DNA of 64,000 bases from Candidatus Caldarchaeum sp. (lineage in GTDB: Archaea; Thermoproteota; Nitrososphaeria_A; Caldarchaeales; Caldarchaeaceae): contig JAWBRA010000008.1 in the NCBI GenBank assembly GCA_038844785.1, forward strand, positions 1-64,000. Reading direction: 5' to 3'. Shown here piece after piece: positions 28,679 through 38,731 of this stretch; positions within the stretch are counted from its first letter, which is position 1; each line of letters starts with the position of its first letter. The position numbers and the translations under genes were made by a program. The notes beneath the pieces are model-generated. The model searched no databases, had not been told where the DNA came from, and saw nothing but the letters and a program-made list of their open reading frames with translations.

Positions 28679-29680
28679 ATGAAGATGTGGAGAAGACGTG
28701 CCATGCTTCGACTTGCCTCGGACAAAGCTAAGCCGCTGAGTAAAGTAGACAGGTTTCTTCTACCAGCTGTTGCGGTTTCGTCTTTGGCAACAGCGTTGCT
28801 GGCTGCTTTTTACAGACAGTTTGAATCCGTTTTAAGACCGGCCCAGGCCACCACACGGCAGCAACCCATCGCAGACATCATAGCGTATAGAGTACCTAAG
28901 GCACCAATATCCGACCCAGACTCACCTGTGTGGGAGAATATTAAAGCATACAAGATAAACCTTGCAGACCAGACTATAACAAGACCTTTGAAAACAACTG
29001 TACCTAAGCAGCCGATCACGGTAAAGGCCGTGTACGACGACGAGTGGATTGCCTTCCTGCTCATCTTCCCGTCAGACAAACCCTCTAAACAAGCCATAAA
29101 AGTGAACGAGTTCAGAGATGCGTGCGCCGTTCTGCTGGCCAGGCATCCGGCAGCGCCGGAGGTAAGGTTCATGGGGACTGCTGATAACCCTGCGACAATC
29201 CTCCACTGGAAGGCGGACTGGCAGGCTGACGTGGAGGAGGGGTTCCAAGACATTGAAAAAGCCTTTCCAAACGTTGCGGCAGACTTCTATCCACCGTTGA
29301 AGGAGGCTGTAGCCGACGGGAAGCCGCCGAAAACAGTCGACATCATGAACGGGGCGGTTAGATGGCTTGCTGGGCTCAATGCAGGCAATCCGATATCTGA
29401 ACCGGTGAAGAAATCACCTGTAGAGAAAATAGTTGGGAAAGGCCCTGGGACGATCGCCACCATGCCTACGCAGGATGCCGTAGGTTGGGGGAGATGGTTG
29501 GACGGTTACTGGAGAGTAGTTCTGGCCAAAAAGCTGAGAGCTTCAGACAGCAACGCTGGAGAAATAAGCCTTGAGCCAGGAAACGTTTACGCAGCAGCGT
29601 TCACCGTATGGTTTGGCGGCGAAAGAGACAGGGGTGCTAGGAAAAATCCCAGCATGCTGCAAACACTCCTCCTCAAGTAG
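28679..29680 (+). CDS. Heme b gamma subunit (EbdC/NxrC-like DOMON cytochrome)
   Basis: N-terminal anchor; FRDACAV, FMG....P..I.HWKA (Met ligand), VW.G...DRG.RK (Lys ligand). Confidence 0.8.
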   Translation: MKMWRRRAMLRLASDKAKPLSKVDRFLLPAVAVSSLATALLAAFYRQFESVLRPAQATTRQQPIADIIAYRVPKAPISDPDSPVWENIKAYKINLADQTITRPLKTTVPKQPITVKAVYDDEWIAFLLIFPSDKPSKQAIKVNEFRDACAVLLARHPAAPEVRFMGTADNPATILHWKADWQADVEEGFQDIEKAFPNVAADFYPPLKEAVADGKPPKTVDIMNGAVRWLAGLNAGNPISEPVKKSPVEKIVGKGPGTIATMPTQDAVGWGRWLDGYWRVVLAKKLRASDSNAGEISLEPGNVYAAAFTVWFGGERDRGARKNPSMLQTLLLK

Positions 29681-29688
29681 GTGAGCTT

Positions 29689-30303
29689 TTGGAGACAACA
29701 GAGCTTTATGGTGACAGGCTTCTTACGTTTGCACTGTTCTTCAACATGCTCGCTAAAAGCTTTGTCCCAGACAGGGAAAAGATGGTTGAAAACCTCCGCA
29801 AACTAGCCGAAATATCCGTTAACCTCCCAAAAACAAAACTAAGAGAGCTTATTTCAGCAATCTTGCAACATGTCGAGGAAGATGTCGAGGCCACATCTGA
29901 TTATTTCAGGCTGTTTGAGCTGGCTGTCTCACCTCCTTACGAGACATCGTACACGACGGCTGTGAAGAAAGAAAACATGACGTTCCACAAGGCTGACGTT
30001 GCCGGCTTCTATAGAGCCTTCGGCGTCAAACATTCTGGTGATTATCCGGACCATTTAGCCGCTGAGCTGGAATTTCTTTCACTTCTATTCTTGAAAGAAG
30101 CTCACGCGCTAGAACACAGCGATGTGGAAAATGCTGAAATATGCCGTGAAGCGCGGGAGAAATTTATTCAGCAGCACTTGGCAAATTGGGTGGATCTTTT
30201 CAGCCAAGCCGTGGAGAAAAACGCTAAAAAACCAACTTACGTCCTCTGGGCCCGTCTTCTGGTCGAAGCGGTTAAGCTTGCCAGCCAGCCGGTAAATGTT
30301 TAA
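29689..30303 (+). CDS. TorD/DmsD/NarJ-type maturation chaperone
   Basis: PPYETSY, DVAGFYRAFG, PDHLAAELEFL, F..QHL..W. Confidence 0.9.
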   Translation: METTELYGDRLLTFALFFNMLAKSFVPDREKMVENLRKLAEISVNLPKTKLRELISAILQHVEEDVEATSDYFRLFELAVSPPYETSYTTAVKKENMTFHKADVAGFYRAFGVKHSGDYPDHLAAELEFLSLLFLKEAHALEHSDVENAEICREAREKFIQQHLANWVDLFSQAVEKNAKKPTYVLWARLLVEAVKLASQPVNV

Positions 30304-30341
30304 GAGGAGCCGTTTACACCCGTGTGGTGAAGTGGTGTAAA

Positions 30342-30653
30342 TTGGAATACATCTACGCAGCGTTGCTACTACACAAGGCTGGCAAAAAAGTCGATGAAGA
30401 AGGTTTACGAAGGGTTATAGAAGCTGCTGGCATTACACCTGACCTGCCAAAGATTAAATCCCTAGCAACGGCTCTCGCTGAAATAAACATAGACGAGGTC
30501 TTGAAACAAGCCGCGGCAGTCCCGGCAACCAGTGTGGCGCCGGCACCTACAACGCCAACGCCTGCAGCTCCGGCTGCCGAGAAAGCCAAGGAAGAAAAGA
30601 AAGAGGAAGAAAAAGAGGAGGCGTTGTCAGGGCTAAGCGCCCTCTTCGGCTAA
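30342..30653 (+). CDS. rpl12: Ribosomal stalk protein P1/aL12
   Basis: (M)EYIYAALLLH.AG, Ala/Pro hinge, acidic tail, GLSALFG; TTG start at 30342. Confidence 0.95.
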   Translation: MEYIYAALLLHKAGKKVDEEGLRRVIEAAGITPDLPKIKSLATALAEINIDEVLKQAAAVPATSVAPAPTTPTPAAPAAEKAKEEKKEEEKEEALSGLSALFG

Positions 30654-30678
30654 AAGCATATTAGAATCCGCCAACCAT

Positions 30679-31449
30679 TTGCCGAGGATGGATAGTCATC
30701 TAGTTGAGGTCCGTGATCTCTGGAAAAGCTACGGCGGAATATATGCCGTTAGAGGGGTGAGCCTAAGGGTTGAACCGGGAGAGGTTCACGGACTTTTGGG
30801 ACCCAACGGCTCGGGGAAAACCACAACTTTCAAATGCTTAGTAGGTTTACTCAAGCCAGACAGAGGAACTATAAAAATAGCAGGACATGATGTTCTGAAA
30901 AACCACGACTACAAGAGGTTTATCGGCTATCTTCCTGAAAACCCCTCACTACCCGATTACTTGACCGTAAAAGAGTTCCTTTTCTTCGCTGGAAAGCTGA
31001 AAGGGTTGGCCGGCGGCCTTCTTCAAAAAAATGTTTCCGAACTAGCGGAATCATATGACCTAGAGAAATTCTCCGACAGACTGATTTTCGAGCTGTCAAA
31101 AGGCATACGTCAAAGGGTAGCTACAGCTGCCTCGTTATTGGGTGAACCTCTTGTATTGGTTTTCGACGAGCCTTTCAACGGACTGGACCCCGAAGCTCAG
31201 AAAACAACAAAAGACTACATGGCCGAAACTGTCCGGAATGGCGGCAGCGTTCTGATAAGCACTCACATCCTAGATTCAGCTGAAAAAATTTGCGACACCA
31301 CGACCATAATAGTGGAAGGCACAACCGTTTACTCAGGCTCCATACAACATTTAAAAAAGTCAACGGAGCTTTTTGACAACAACGCTTCGCTTGAAGAAAT
31401 TTTTCTAAAACTGGTTTCAAAGAGGTTGAGTAAACATACATCTAATTGA
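30679..31449 (+). CDS. ABC transporter ATP-binding protein (ABC-2 type)
   Basis: GPNGSGKTT, LSKG.RQR, DEP.NGLDP, STH. Confidence 0.9.
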   Translation: MPRMDSHLVEVRDLWKSYGGIYAVRGVSLRVEPGEVHGLLGPNGSGKTTTFKCLVGLLKPDRGTIKIAGHDVLKNHDYKRFIGYLPENPSLPDYLTVKEFLFFAGKLKGLAGGLLQKNVSELAESYDLEKFSDRLIFELSKGIRQRVATAASLLGEPLVLVFDEPFNGLDPEAQKTTKDYMAETVRNGGSVLISTHILDSAEKICDTTTIIVEGTTVYSGSIQHLKKSTELFDNNASLEEIFLKLVSKRLSKHTSN

Positions 31450-31501
31450 TCTTCTTGCCACGAAAGTTAAACAGTATCTGGGAGGTGTTAGAAGGTCAGC
31501 T

Positions 31502-32974
31502 TTGCGTCTGCTATCACCGTTGTTGATATATGTTTTATGGGTTGGGGTTCTTGCCTTCGCCGCATTGGTTGTCAGGTTTTATGGCGGCGTAATGGGTGTT
31601 GGCACACAAGGCTTCCTACAGAGTTTCACACTGGTCACAGCATCGGGAGTTCTTGCGGCAGGAATTTTCCTCGGAATTAAAGGAGGTCTTACTGCATTAG
31701 GTTATGAGGTTGACTATGTATTCACCTCACCTCTCAAACCGCATTTATTCTTAGCATCAGACATAATTTTCCAGCTTATGCTTCTGAACATCTTTGTCAT
31801 CCCATCATCCTCAGTGATAGTGATTGTTCTCACCCACCCTAGACATTTAGAAAGTCTTTCTTTAACGATTCCCATTTTTGAAATAAGCATCCTCGCAGCC
31901 GTTCTGACCTCGCATTTGCTTGGTTTAGCGCGAAACTGGTTGGGTGAAACGCTGTCACGAAAGTTGGGCTGGGCTTTGATGCTATACATTTTGCTTCCGA
32001 TACTTAATATTGTGATGGGCTGGCGGATTGAGATTGGCACAGCAGTACACCCTGTTTACCTTGTCTCAGGCATTTTTGTCGACGAGTGGAAAACGTTTTG
32101 TGCGGCAGCGTACCTTATTGTTTTAACTAGCTTGTATGTTGTTCTCTCAAGAAAATGCCATTACTCTGCTTTCACACCTATACTGGTGAATGTTCTCACC
32201 GATCCTCCGAAAAAATTCACGTTTTATCTGCAGCCGCCGCGTTTGCTGAAGGGTATTTTATCCATAAATCCAAAAGACGGGCCGACTGTTTTGATCTTAA
32301 AAGTACACTTAACAAGGTTTATTCGTGACGGGAGTCTTTGGATAGCTGCTTTTGTTTTAGCACTAATAACAGCAGCAAACTCAGTCTTACCTAAACTTTT
32401 CGGTGCACAACCATTCCCAGAAGTGGCCCAGCTGACTCTGATAACACTGTATACGCCGCTTATACCAGGCCTGCTTTCGATCAACTGGGCTGTCTCGGAG
32501 AGAAGCAACTTATGGATTATAAGGTTGTCTAAAGATGGTGTGAAAAAGTATGTTGTTGCTCTGCTTTTTTCATATGCCGTGGTGTCATGTGCTTTCTCAG
32601 GAGCTTTGTTCGCTGTTGTATTACTTGGAGCCCGGGAAATGCCCTACCTAGTCATGGACCTATTGCTGCTGGTGTCGGCCTCAGTTTTCGGGTCATTTTT
32701 TTCTGTGATGACGTCAACAGCTGTCAAGCACATTCCCACCCCCTTATCGGTAACCTCGCTGTTCCTTGTGATAACCCCGTTGTTAGGCTCTGTGGCTCTT
32801 TCCCTTCCAATGCTTGTGGTGAGGCTTTTCGAACCGTTTGCAGACAGTCCCTCGCCCCCTCTGTTAGCCGGCCTTTTGACATACATGACAGCCATGACAG
32901 CGGTTCTCTTCACTATATCCAAAAAAGCTGGCGAAAAAAGTTGGGACAGGGAACAGCAGCTATTAATGGTTTAA
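31502..32974 (+). CDS. Putative ABC exporter permease
   Basis: About 12 hydrophobic segments, EVDYVFTSP motif, follows the ABC ATPase. Confidence 0.72.
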   Translation: MRLLSPLLIYVLWVGVLAFAALVVRFYGGVMGVGTQGFLQSFTLVTASGVLAAGIFLGIKGGLTALGYEVDYVFTSPLKPHLFLASDIIFQLMLLNIFVIPSSSVIVIVLTHPRHLESLSLTIPIFEISILAAVLTSHLLGLARNWLGETLSRKLGWALMLYILLPILNIVMGWRIEIGTAVHPVYLVSGIFVDEWKTFCAAAYLIVLTSLYVVLSRKCHYSAFTPILVNVLTDPPKKFTFYLQPPRLLKGILSINPKDGPTVLILKVHLTRFIRDGSLWIAAFVLALITAANSVLPKLFGAQPFPEVAQLTLITLYTPLIPGLLSINWAVSERSNLWIIRLSKDGVKKYVVALLFSYAVVSCAFSGALFAVVLLGAREMPYLVMDLLLLVSASVFGSFFSVMTSTAVKHIPTPLSVTSLFLVITPLLGSVALSLPMLVVRLFEPFADSPSPPLLAGLLTYMTAMTAVLFTISKKAGEKSWDREQQLLMV

Positions 32975-33016
32975 ATTTAAACACTGCAGTACCAAACTTA
33001 AAACGGTGCCGGCCTC

Positions 33017-35746
33017 ATGCCCTATGACGAAAGGGAATACAGGCTTGATTTCTTCGTTGACAACGGTTTTACGAGAAGACAGTGTGCCGTATGCGGAGAG
33101 TTTTTCTGGAGCCTCGACCCAAACCGGTCAAACTGCGGCGAATCTCCATGTGTCGAATACAGCTTCCTAGACAAAGCTTATGCAAAAGCTAGTTTATCCG
33201 TAGGAGAGGCCAGAAAAGCATTCATTGATTTTTTCGCTGAGAGAGGCCATACACCGGTAAAGCCCTACCCCATAGTAGCCCGGTGGAGGACAGATCTATA
33301 TCTTACGGATGCTTCGATCGTCGACTTCCAGCCCTGGGTTACGGATGGTATAGCGCCTCCGCCGGCCAACCCCTTAGTCGTCAGCCAGCCTTGCGCAAGG
33401 CTTGTTGACCTAGATAAGATTGGTTTGACTTTCGGCCGCCACCTCACAGTCTTTGAAATGGGAGGACACCATGCTTTCAACTATCCCGATAAACAAATTT
33501 ACTGGAAAGACGGTACCGCGGCTTACTGCCATGAGTTTATGACCAAGGTTCTCGGCATACCCGCTGAGGAGCTTGTCTATAAAGAATCGTGGTGGGCTGG
33601 CGGGGGAAATGAAGGGCCCTGCCTAGAGGTCATAGCGGGCGGGCTGGAGCTTGCAACGCTTGTGTTCATGCAGTTCAAAACCCTTGACGGTGGGAGAGTT
33701 GAGACCCCTATAAAGACCGTCGACACCGGTTATGGAATTGAACGGCTTGCATGGTTCACTCAGAGGACGCCGAGCGCGTTTGACGCCATCTACGGAGATC
33801 TCTTGGGGAAAGTTAGGGAGCTTATACCAGTCAACCGTCCCCCCGAAGAGCTGCTGATAAAATACGCGCGCCATACAGGCTTGGTTGTGCCTAAAGCAGA
33901 CGTTACGGTTTATGAGCTGAGAAGAAGGGTTGCAGAGCTTGCTGGAATATCGCTGCAACAGGTCCAGGAGCTGATACAACCCTATGAAAAGCTCTACAGC
34001 AGCCTAGACTACAGCAAAGCTATCGCATTCATTGTTTCAGAGGGGGTTGTTCCAAGCAACGTCAAAACCGGGTATCTAGCACGTCTGCTGATACGCAGGG
34101 CTTACAGAGTGCTCAAGTCTCTTGGCGCGGAGGAAAGTCTTCTAAGCCTAATTGACCTGCAGTTAGGATTCTGGAAAAACGACTTTCCACACCTTGGCGA
34201 AATGCGCAACGAAGTGTTGGAGATAGTTGAACACGAAATCAATAAGTTTAAGGAGACACTATCCCGTGGAACGGAATACATCGCTAGAGAAATCAAAACT
34301 ATAAAAAACACCGTCAAGGAGCTTCCGGTCGAAAATTTAATCCGATACTACGACGATAAAGGCATAACACCCGACATAGTCGCGGAGATAGCTTCAAAGG
34401 AGGGAGTAACCGTGTCTATACCTGAGAATTTTTACGAACTTGTTGCCGCTAGACATCTTAGAGAAATTCCCGTCAAGCAGGAAGGAGAGAAAATGGACGT
34501 AAGCAAGTATCCTGCAACAGTCAAGCTCTACTACGAACAGCCGTGGACTTTTTACTTCAGAGCCAGAGTCTTGGGTGTTGAAAACGGTCACGTGATTCTT
34601 GATTCAACTCTCTTTTATCCAGAGGGCGGAGGCGCGGTAGGCGACACCGGCAGCCTTGTCTTCTCAGGTAAAACATGCCAGGTAGTAGACACGAAGATTG
34701 TGAACGATGTTGTATTGCATAAAGTTGAGGGACCTCTGCCGGAAGTGGGTGAAGAGGTGGAGGGCTATGTTAATGTCGAGAGACGTTTAAGCATAGTACG
34801 TCATCACACAGCCACGCACATACTATTAGGAGCTGCGAGAAAAGTGTTAGGTAAGCATGCTTGGCAAGCAGGGGCGAGAAAAGAACCCGATAAAGGGAGG
34901 CTGGATGTCTACCATCATAAGAGGCTAACGCCCGAGCAAATACGTGAAATAGAACGCTTGGCCAACATGATTGTCTCCAGGAGAATTCCAGTTAAAATAA
35001 GCTGGCAGGATAGAAACAGAGCAGAGGAGACATACGGGTTCAGCCTCTACCAAGGCGGCGAAGTACCGCTCGGCAACATCAGAGTTGTGGAGATACCCGG
35101 ATGGGATGCTGAAGCTTGTGGAGGCCTTCACTGTGAAAACACCGAGGACGTCGGCCTAATCAAAATAATCTCCAGCGAGCGGATTCAAGACGGGGTTGAG
35201 CGAATCGTTTTCACCGCTGGGCCAGCATCTCTGCCGAGATACCAACGGCTGGAGTCTAGTCTGATGCAGATTGCTGAAACCGCGCAGACCCCGTTAGAGG
35301 ATGTAGCGAAAAAGGTTGCTGAGCTGGATGAACAGCTTAGGTCTCTACGTAAGACCGTCAAAAAACTACTGGATAAGCTCGTTGTTTTTAAGGCCGGAGA
35401 AATAAGAAGCATAGCAATCCCGTTGGGCAGGCTTCACCTATATCTCGCAGAGGAAGAGTTTGAGGATGACGATTACTTGATTAAACTTGCGGCTGAAACC
35501 GTGAATGTTGACAAGCCTTCCATGGCCATCATTTACGCTGGCGCACCTTTCTCGAAGATTGTTTGCATAGTCAACGAGCAGGCCGTCAAACTAGGTTACA
35601 GGGCTGGGGATGTTGTAAGCCAGCTTTGTAGATATTCCGGCGGCAGAGGCGGCGGAAGCGATACGCTGGGCAGGGGGGCTGCCCCTAAAGAGGCTTTAAC
35701 AGCAGCATTATCGGAGCTCGAGAAGATCGTTAAACCTTCTCAATAG
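33017..35746 (+). CDS. alaS: Alanyl-tRNA synthetase (archaeal type)
   Basis: N-terminal CxxC..FW, YP.VARWR.D, FEMGGHHAFN, DTGYGIER, HHTATH and CGGLH editing motifs, GGRGGG. Confidence 0.97.
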   Translation: MPYDEREYRLDFFVDNGFTRRQCAVCGEFFWSLDPNRSNCGESPCVEYSFLDKAYAKASLSVGEARKAFIDFFAERGHTPVKPYPIVARWRTDLYLTDASIVDFQPWVTDGIAPPPANPLVVSQPCARLVDLDKIGLTFGRHLTVFEMGGHHAFNYPDKQIYWKDGTAAYCHEFMTKVLGIPAEELVYKESWWAGGGNEGPCLEVIAGGLELATLVFMQFKTLDGGRVETPIKTVDTGYGIERLAWFTQRTPSAFDAIYGDLLGKVRELIPVNRPPEELLIKYARHTGLVVPKADVTVYELRRRVAELAGISLQQVQELIQPYEKLYSSLDYSKAIAFIVSEGVVPSNVKTGYLARLLIRRAYRVLKSLGAEESLLSLIDLQLGFWKNDFPHLGEMRNEVLEIVEHEINKFKETLSRGTEYIAREIKTIKNTVKELPVENLIRYYDDKGITPDIVAEIASKEGVTVSIPENFYELVAARHLREIPVKQEGEKMDVSKYPATVKLYYEQPWTFYFRARVLGVENGHVILDSTLFYPEGGGAVGDTGSLVFSGKTCQVVDTKIVNDVVLHKVEGPLPEVGEEVEGYVNVERRLSIVRHHTATHILLGAARKVLGKHAWQAGARKEPDKGRLDVYHHKRLTPEQIREIERLANMIVSRRIPVKISWQDRNRAEETYGFSLYQGGEVPLGNIRVVEIPGWDAEACGGLHCENTEDVGLIKIISSERIQDGVERIVFTAGPASLPRYQRLESSLMQIAETAQTPLEDVAKKVAELDEQLRSLRKTVKKLLDKLVVFKAGEIRSIAIPLGRLHLYLAEEEFEDDDYLIKLAAETVNVDKPSMAIIYAGAPFSKIVCIVNEQAVKLGYRAGDVVSQLCRYSGGRGGGSDTLGRGAAPKEALTAALSELEKIVKPSQ

Positions 35747-36593
35747 CTTTTGAAAGGGCTGTTGACTCGGATAAAGCCCTTGCTATGATGAGGGGCAGAA
35801 CCTCTTTCGCATAATATCCCGTTTCCACGGCTATCGCGGCGGCTTCACGGCCTGCCTTCACTATGAGAAGCGGCAGGGTCTCACTGCTTATGTACGATAT
35901 GTTTAACGCGAGGGCCAGCGCCGTCGTGACACCGTTTCTCAGTTCAGCGCTTGTTTTATCTAGGTCGACGACTAACTCGCCCCCCTCAAGTATTACACCA
36001 TCCTCATACGCACGGAGAAGGGTTATACCTCTCAAAACGGCTTTGATGTCAAGCTTTACGAGAAGGCTGGCCAACAGCTGCGATATCTCGTCCCCCTTCT
36101 TGGCCACGAGCGTGTCTTTAGCTATCCATATTTGACCACCTTCTATACGTGTTGGAATCTTAAGTTTGCCGAAGTCGCTGAGAATCGGGCCAGGCGGCAG
36201 GCCTGTGTTTGTTTCAGGAACCCATACGTCGAAATCAGCCTTCTCACCTGCCTTAGCGTACATCGGAACCTTGCTCTTCTCGAGAATCAGTGCGAGCTTG
36301 AAGCTGTTCATGCTGCTAAAAATAAATCCCACGGGGGCTGTGACGTTTTCCACAAGCTTTTCAAGCTCTGTCTTTCCAGCAAGCCTACAGGCTTTAAGAA
36401 AGATCGTTTTCTTCAAAACACGTATCTCACACAACCCCCTAAGCTTCTTCCGCATTTCGTGTAACGTGTTAGACCTTACGCCATTAAGGTCGAAAACCGA
36501 TACAACGTTATAGCGTTTGATAAGGTCTGCAACCTCTTCAGCTAGCTTAGCCTTCTTAGCTATGGCTCTTCGCGTAACCGTCTGAACTGACAT
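35730..36593 (-). CDS. rplP0: Ribosomal protein uL10 (P0)
   Basis: A.AGE.A..DV.VP..NTG.PPGP.LS.F.KL.IPTRI..G.I.I.KD. Confidence 0.95.
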   Translation of the reverse strand: MSVQTVTRRAIAKKAKLAEEVADLIKRYNVVSVFDLNGVRSNTLHEMRKKLRGLCEIRVLKKTIFLKACRLAGKTELEKLVENVTAPVGFIFSSMNSFKLALILEKSKVPMYAKAGEKADFDVWVPETNTGLPPGPILSDFGKLKIPTRIEGGQIWIAKDTLVAKKGDEISQLLASLLVKLDIKAVLRGITLLRAYEDGVILEGGELVVDLDKTSAELRNGVTTALALALNISYISSETLPLLIVKAGREAAAIAVETGYYAKEVLPLIIARALSESTALSKAIEKV

Positions 36594-36649
36594 GGTGCAG
36601 CCACTCCAGCTCTATCCCAGACCTAAATCCCATCTTATAACGTTGTTTC

Positions 36650-37309
36650 CTAAAACTCTACCTTGACAGGGGTTCCACGTGTTGCTTTCAAATAGACGCT
36701 GGAGATGTTTCTCTGTCTTTTCTCAAGCTTTTCAACGACCCTGTTTAGGACGGTTTCAGCGTTCTCAGCTATTTTTTCATCGCTGTCTTCCTCAAGACCT
36801 ACCAAGCAGGCTATAACAGGTGTTTTCCTCAGCTGCACCTGCACGCTGTTGGCATATCGTTTCACTAGTTTTTGGAGGTCTGACCCTGGCGGAATAGGTA
36901 TTGGCGTCTTTCCCCGCCCGCCTAAAGCTGCCCCAAGCGCTCTGGCCGCAAGCCCCATCAAAGATGGTTCAACAAGGACAAAATCAAATGCTTTAGCTAT
37001 TTTCTTAGCTTCTCTCTTTCTACCCACCAGGGTCTCAAGCTCCTCCCTAGTCAAAACCCTTGAGACGCCTTCAGTTCTGCTGGCCTCCAGCGCAAGGTTG
37101 CCCGAAGCTATGACGAGGATTTTACGTCTTTTCCTCCCAAGGTCGTTGGGAAGCTCTACTACTTCAGTGAACCTGTTCTGCGGCTTTGACAGGTCTACTC
37201 CGGTTACGTTGATGATCAGCTCAAGGGACTGCTTAAACTTAGATGGATGCATCTTCTCTTTTGATTGTTTAACCGCCGCTAAAATCTTGGAGCTAACTGC
37301 ACGCATCAT
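36650..37309 (-). CDS. rpl1: Ribosomal protein uL1
   Basis: FKQSLELIIN..G.DL, LG..LG.RGK.P.P, SVYLK.T.G.PVKV. Confidence 0.94.
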   Translation of the reverse strand: MMRAVSSKILAAVKQSKEKMHPSKFKQSLELIINVTGVDLSKPQNRFTEVVELPNDLGRKRRKILVIASGNLALEASRTEGVSRVLTREELETLVGRKREAKKIAKAFDFVLVEPSLMGLAARALGAALGGRGKTPIPIPPGSDLQKLVKRYANSVQVQLRKTPVIACLVGLEEDSDEKIAENAETVLNRVVEKLEKRQRNISSVYLKATRGTPVKVEF

Positions 37310-37794
37310 TTCTTTTCACCAAAATAGCTATCGTATTTTCCTTGGTCAACGAGCTTGATCACATCCTTCGCAACCATGCCGTCAACCTTAACACCCATGC
37401 TCACGCAAGTACCCAACACTTCTTTCACAGCCGACTTTAAACTCTTAGACCTAAGATCTGGCATCTTTGTTTCAGCTATTTTTACAATGTCAGAGAATTT
37501 AAGGTCGGCGACAAAATCCTTTCCAGGGGTTCCCGAGCCTTTAGACACTTGCGCCGTGCTCGCTATTAACGCGGCTGTACTTGGAGTTCCTACTTTTACT
37601 TGATACTCTTTCGTGTCGGTGTTAACCACAATCTCTATCGGAACACGCATGCCCATGAACTCTTTGGTGAGCCTGTTAGCTTCCTCAGCAACCGCCATTA
37701 CATTTAAGCCTAAAGGCCCAAGGGCGGGTCCTAGGGGAGGGCCGGCAGTAACCTTTCCGCCTTCGACTAGAAATCTAAAGGTTTTCTCACCCAT
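37306..37794 (-). CDS. rpl11: Ribosomal protein uL11
   Basis: GGK.TAGPPLGPALGP.G.NV, KEVLGTCVSMGV. Confidence 0.96.
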   Translation of the reverse strand: MGEKTFRFLVEGGKVTAGPPLGPALGPLGLNVMAVAEEANRLTKEFMGMRVPIEIVVNTDTKEYQVKVGTPSTAALIASTAQVSKGSGTPGKDFVADLKFSDIVKIAETKMPDLRSKSLKSAVKEVLGTCVSMGVKVDGMVAKDVIKLVDQGKYDSYFGEKK

Positions 37795-37831
37795 TTTCTC
37801 CGTCGGGATTGTCACAGCCTATTCATAAATT

Positions 37832-38731
37832 CTACGTCTTGCTGACGGGTCTTACTGCGTCGATTGAAACGGATATTGGAAGCTGGAAAGCTGCTTCCCT
37901 GAGCTCTAACGTAACTTCCCGCCTCGCCTTCTCCACTCGTATAACCTTACCCGTTATGCCCTTCAGAGGGCCTGAAACAATCTCCACCACCTGCCCAGCC
38001 TCTATAACCTCTATCAACGGCTTTTCAACAAGGTGCGGCGCTATCGTCTCAAGCTTGACAGGCATGGGCGGCCTGGCTTTAACATGCCTTATGTTCTGCA
38101 CTGCGTCAGCTATAACCTCCCTATGGCTTGCTTCAACAAACACATAGCCTTTGAGAGCAGGCAGTATAACTATTGAGGCAACGGCTGGCCTCTCGACCAG
38201 CTTGAAGAGAGGAATGTATGTTTCTGTTTGCCAACCTTCCCCTGAATACGCTAAAGTGGTCAGATCATCCCGCCCGTTTTCACCATAAAACCAAAGGTAC
38301 CCGCCTTCTTCATGCTGTGTCTTAAACAAGACCAACGCATATCTGCCGCCTCGTTTAAGCATCACAGGTGTTGGAAGGTTTATCTCAGCCCACCCCTCAG
38401 CTTTCAAAAGCAGCGGGTCATACCGGCCTTCGCCCAAGGGGTTCTGGGAAAAGCCCGTTTCATCGCTGTACTCATGGACCCTTGTCCTCAAAGGTTCTGA
38501 GGGCTCGCCCACCTTACCTATGTAGACGGAAATCTTCTCCAATGCTGTTGTCTTAGGCGAGCTGAAAACAACGGTGACATGATTTTTTTCAGTTATCGAG
38601 GCAGATCCCTTAATTTCCTTGACGAAGTCTAGAAAAACTCCGTGGAACCTTGCCTCCAGTATGCTGGCTACCGACCTCTCCTGACCTACTGTGGTCTTAA
38701 CCGCAAAATACTTCATCTCAGCTTGCGCCAA
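37832..38731 (-). CDS. spt5: Transcription elongation factor Spt5 (NusG) with ~150-aa insertion
   Basis: YFAVKTTVGQE..VA..L and LKGYVFVEA NGN motifs; KOW GQVVEIVSGPLKG..GKV; upstream of rpl11. Confidence 0.9.
   Translation of the reverse strand: MAQAEMKYFAVKTTVGQERSVASILEARFHGVFLDFVKEIKGSASITEKNHVTVVFSSPKTTALEKISVYIGKVGEPSEPLRTRVHEYSDETGFSQNPLGEGRYDPLLLKAEGWAEINLPTPVMLKRGGRYALVLFKTQHEEGGYLWFYGENGRDDLTTLAYSGEGWQTETYIPLFKLVERPAVASIVILPALKGYVFVEASHREVIADAVQNIRHVKARPPMPVKLETIAPHLVEKPLIEVIEAGQVVEIVSGPLKGITGKVIRVEKARREVTLELREAAFQLPISVSIDAVRPVSKT

Noticed and set aside
36705-37358. Long antisense ORFs (e.g. opposite rpl1, srp54, thermosome, the 3-hydroxyacyl-CoA dehydrogenase, the permease)
   Set aside because: Shadow frames of well-supported genes; Ser-rich, no motifs
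38186-38644. Intein or intron as the explanation for the Spt5 insert
   Set aside because: No Cys/Ser start, no His-Asn end, no LAGLIDADG motif; no obvious bulge-helix-bulge seen; insert is open and in frame
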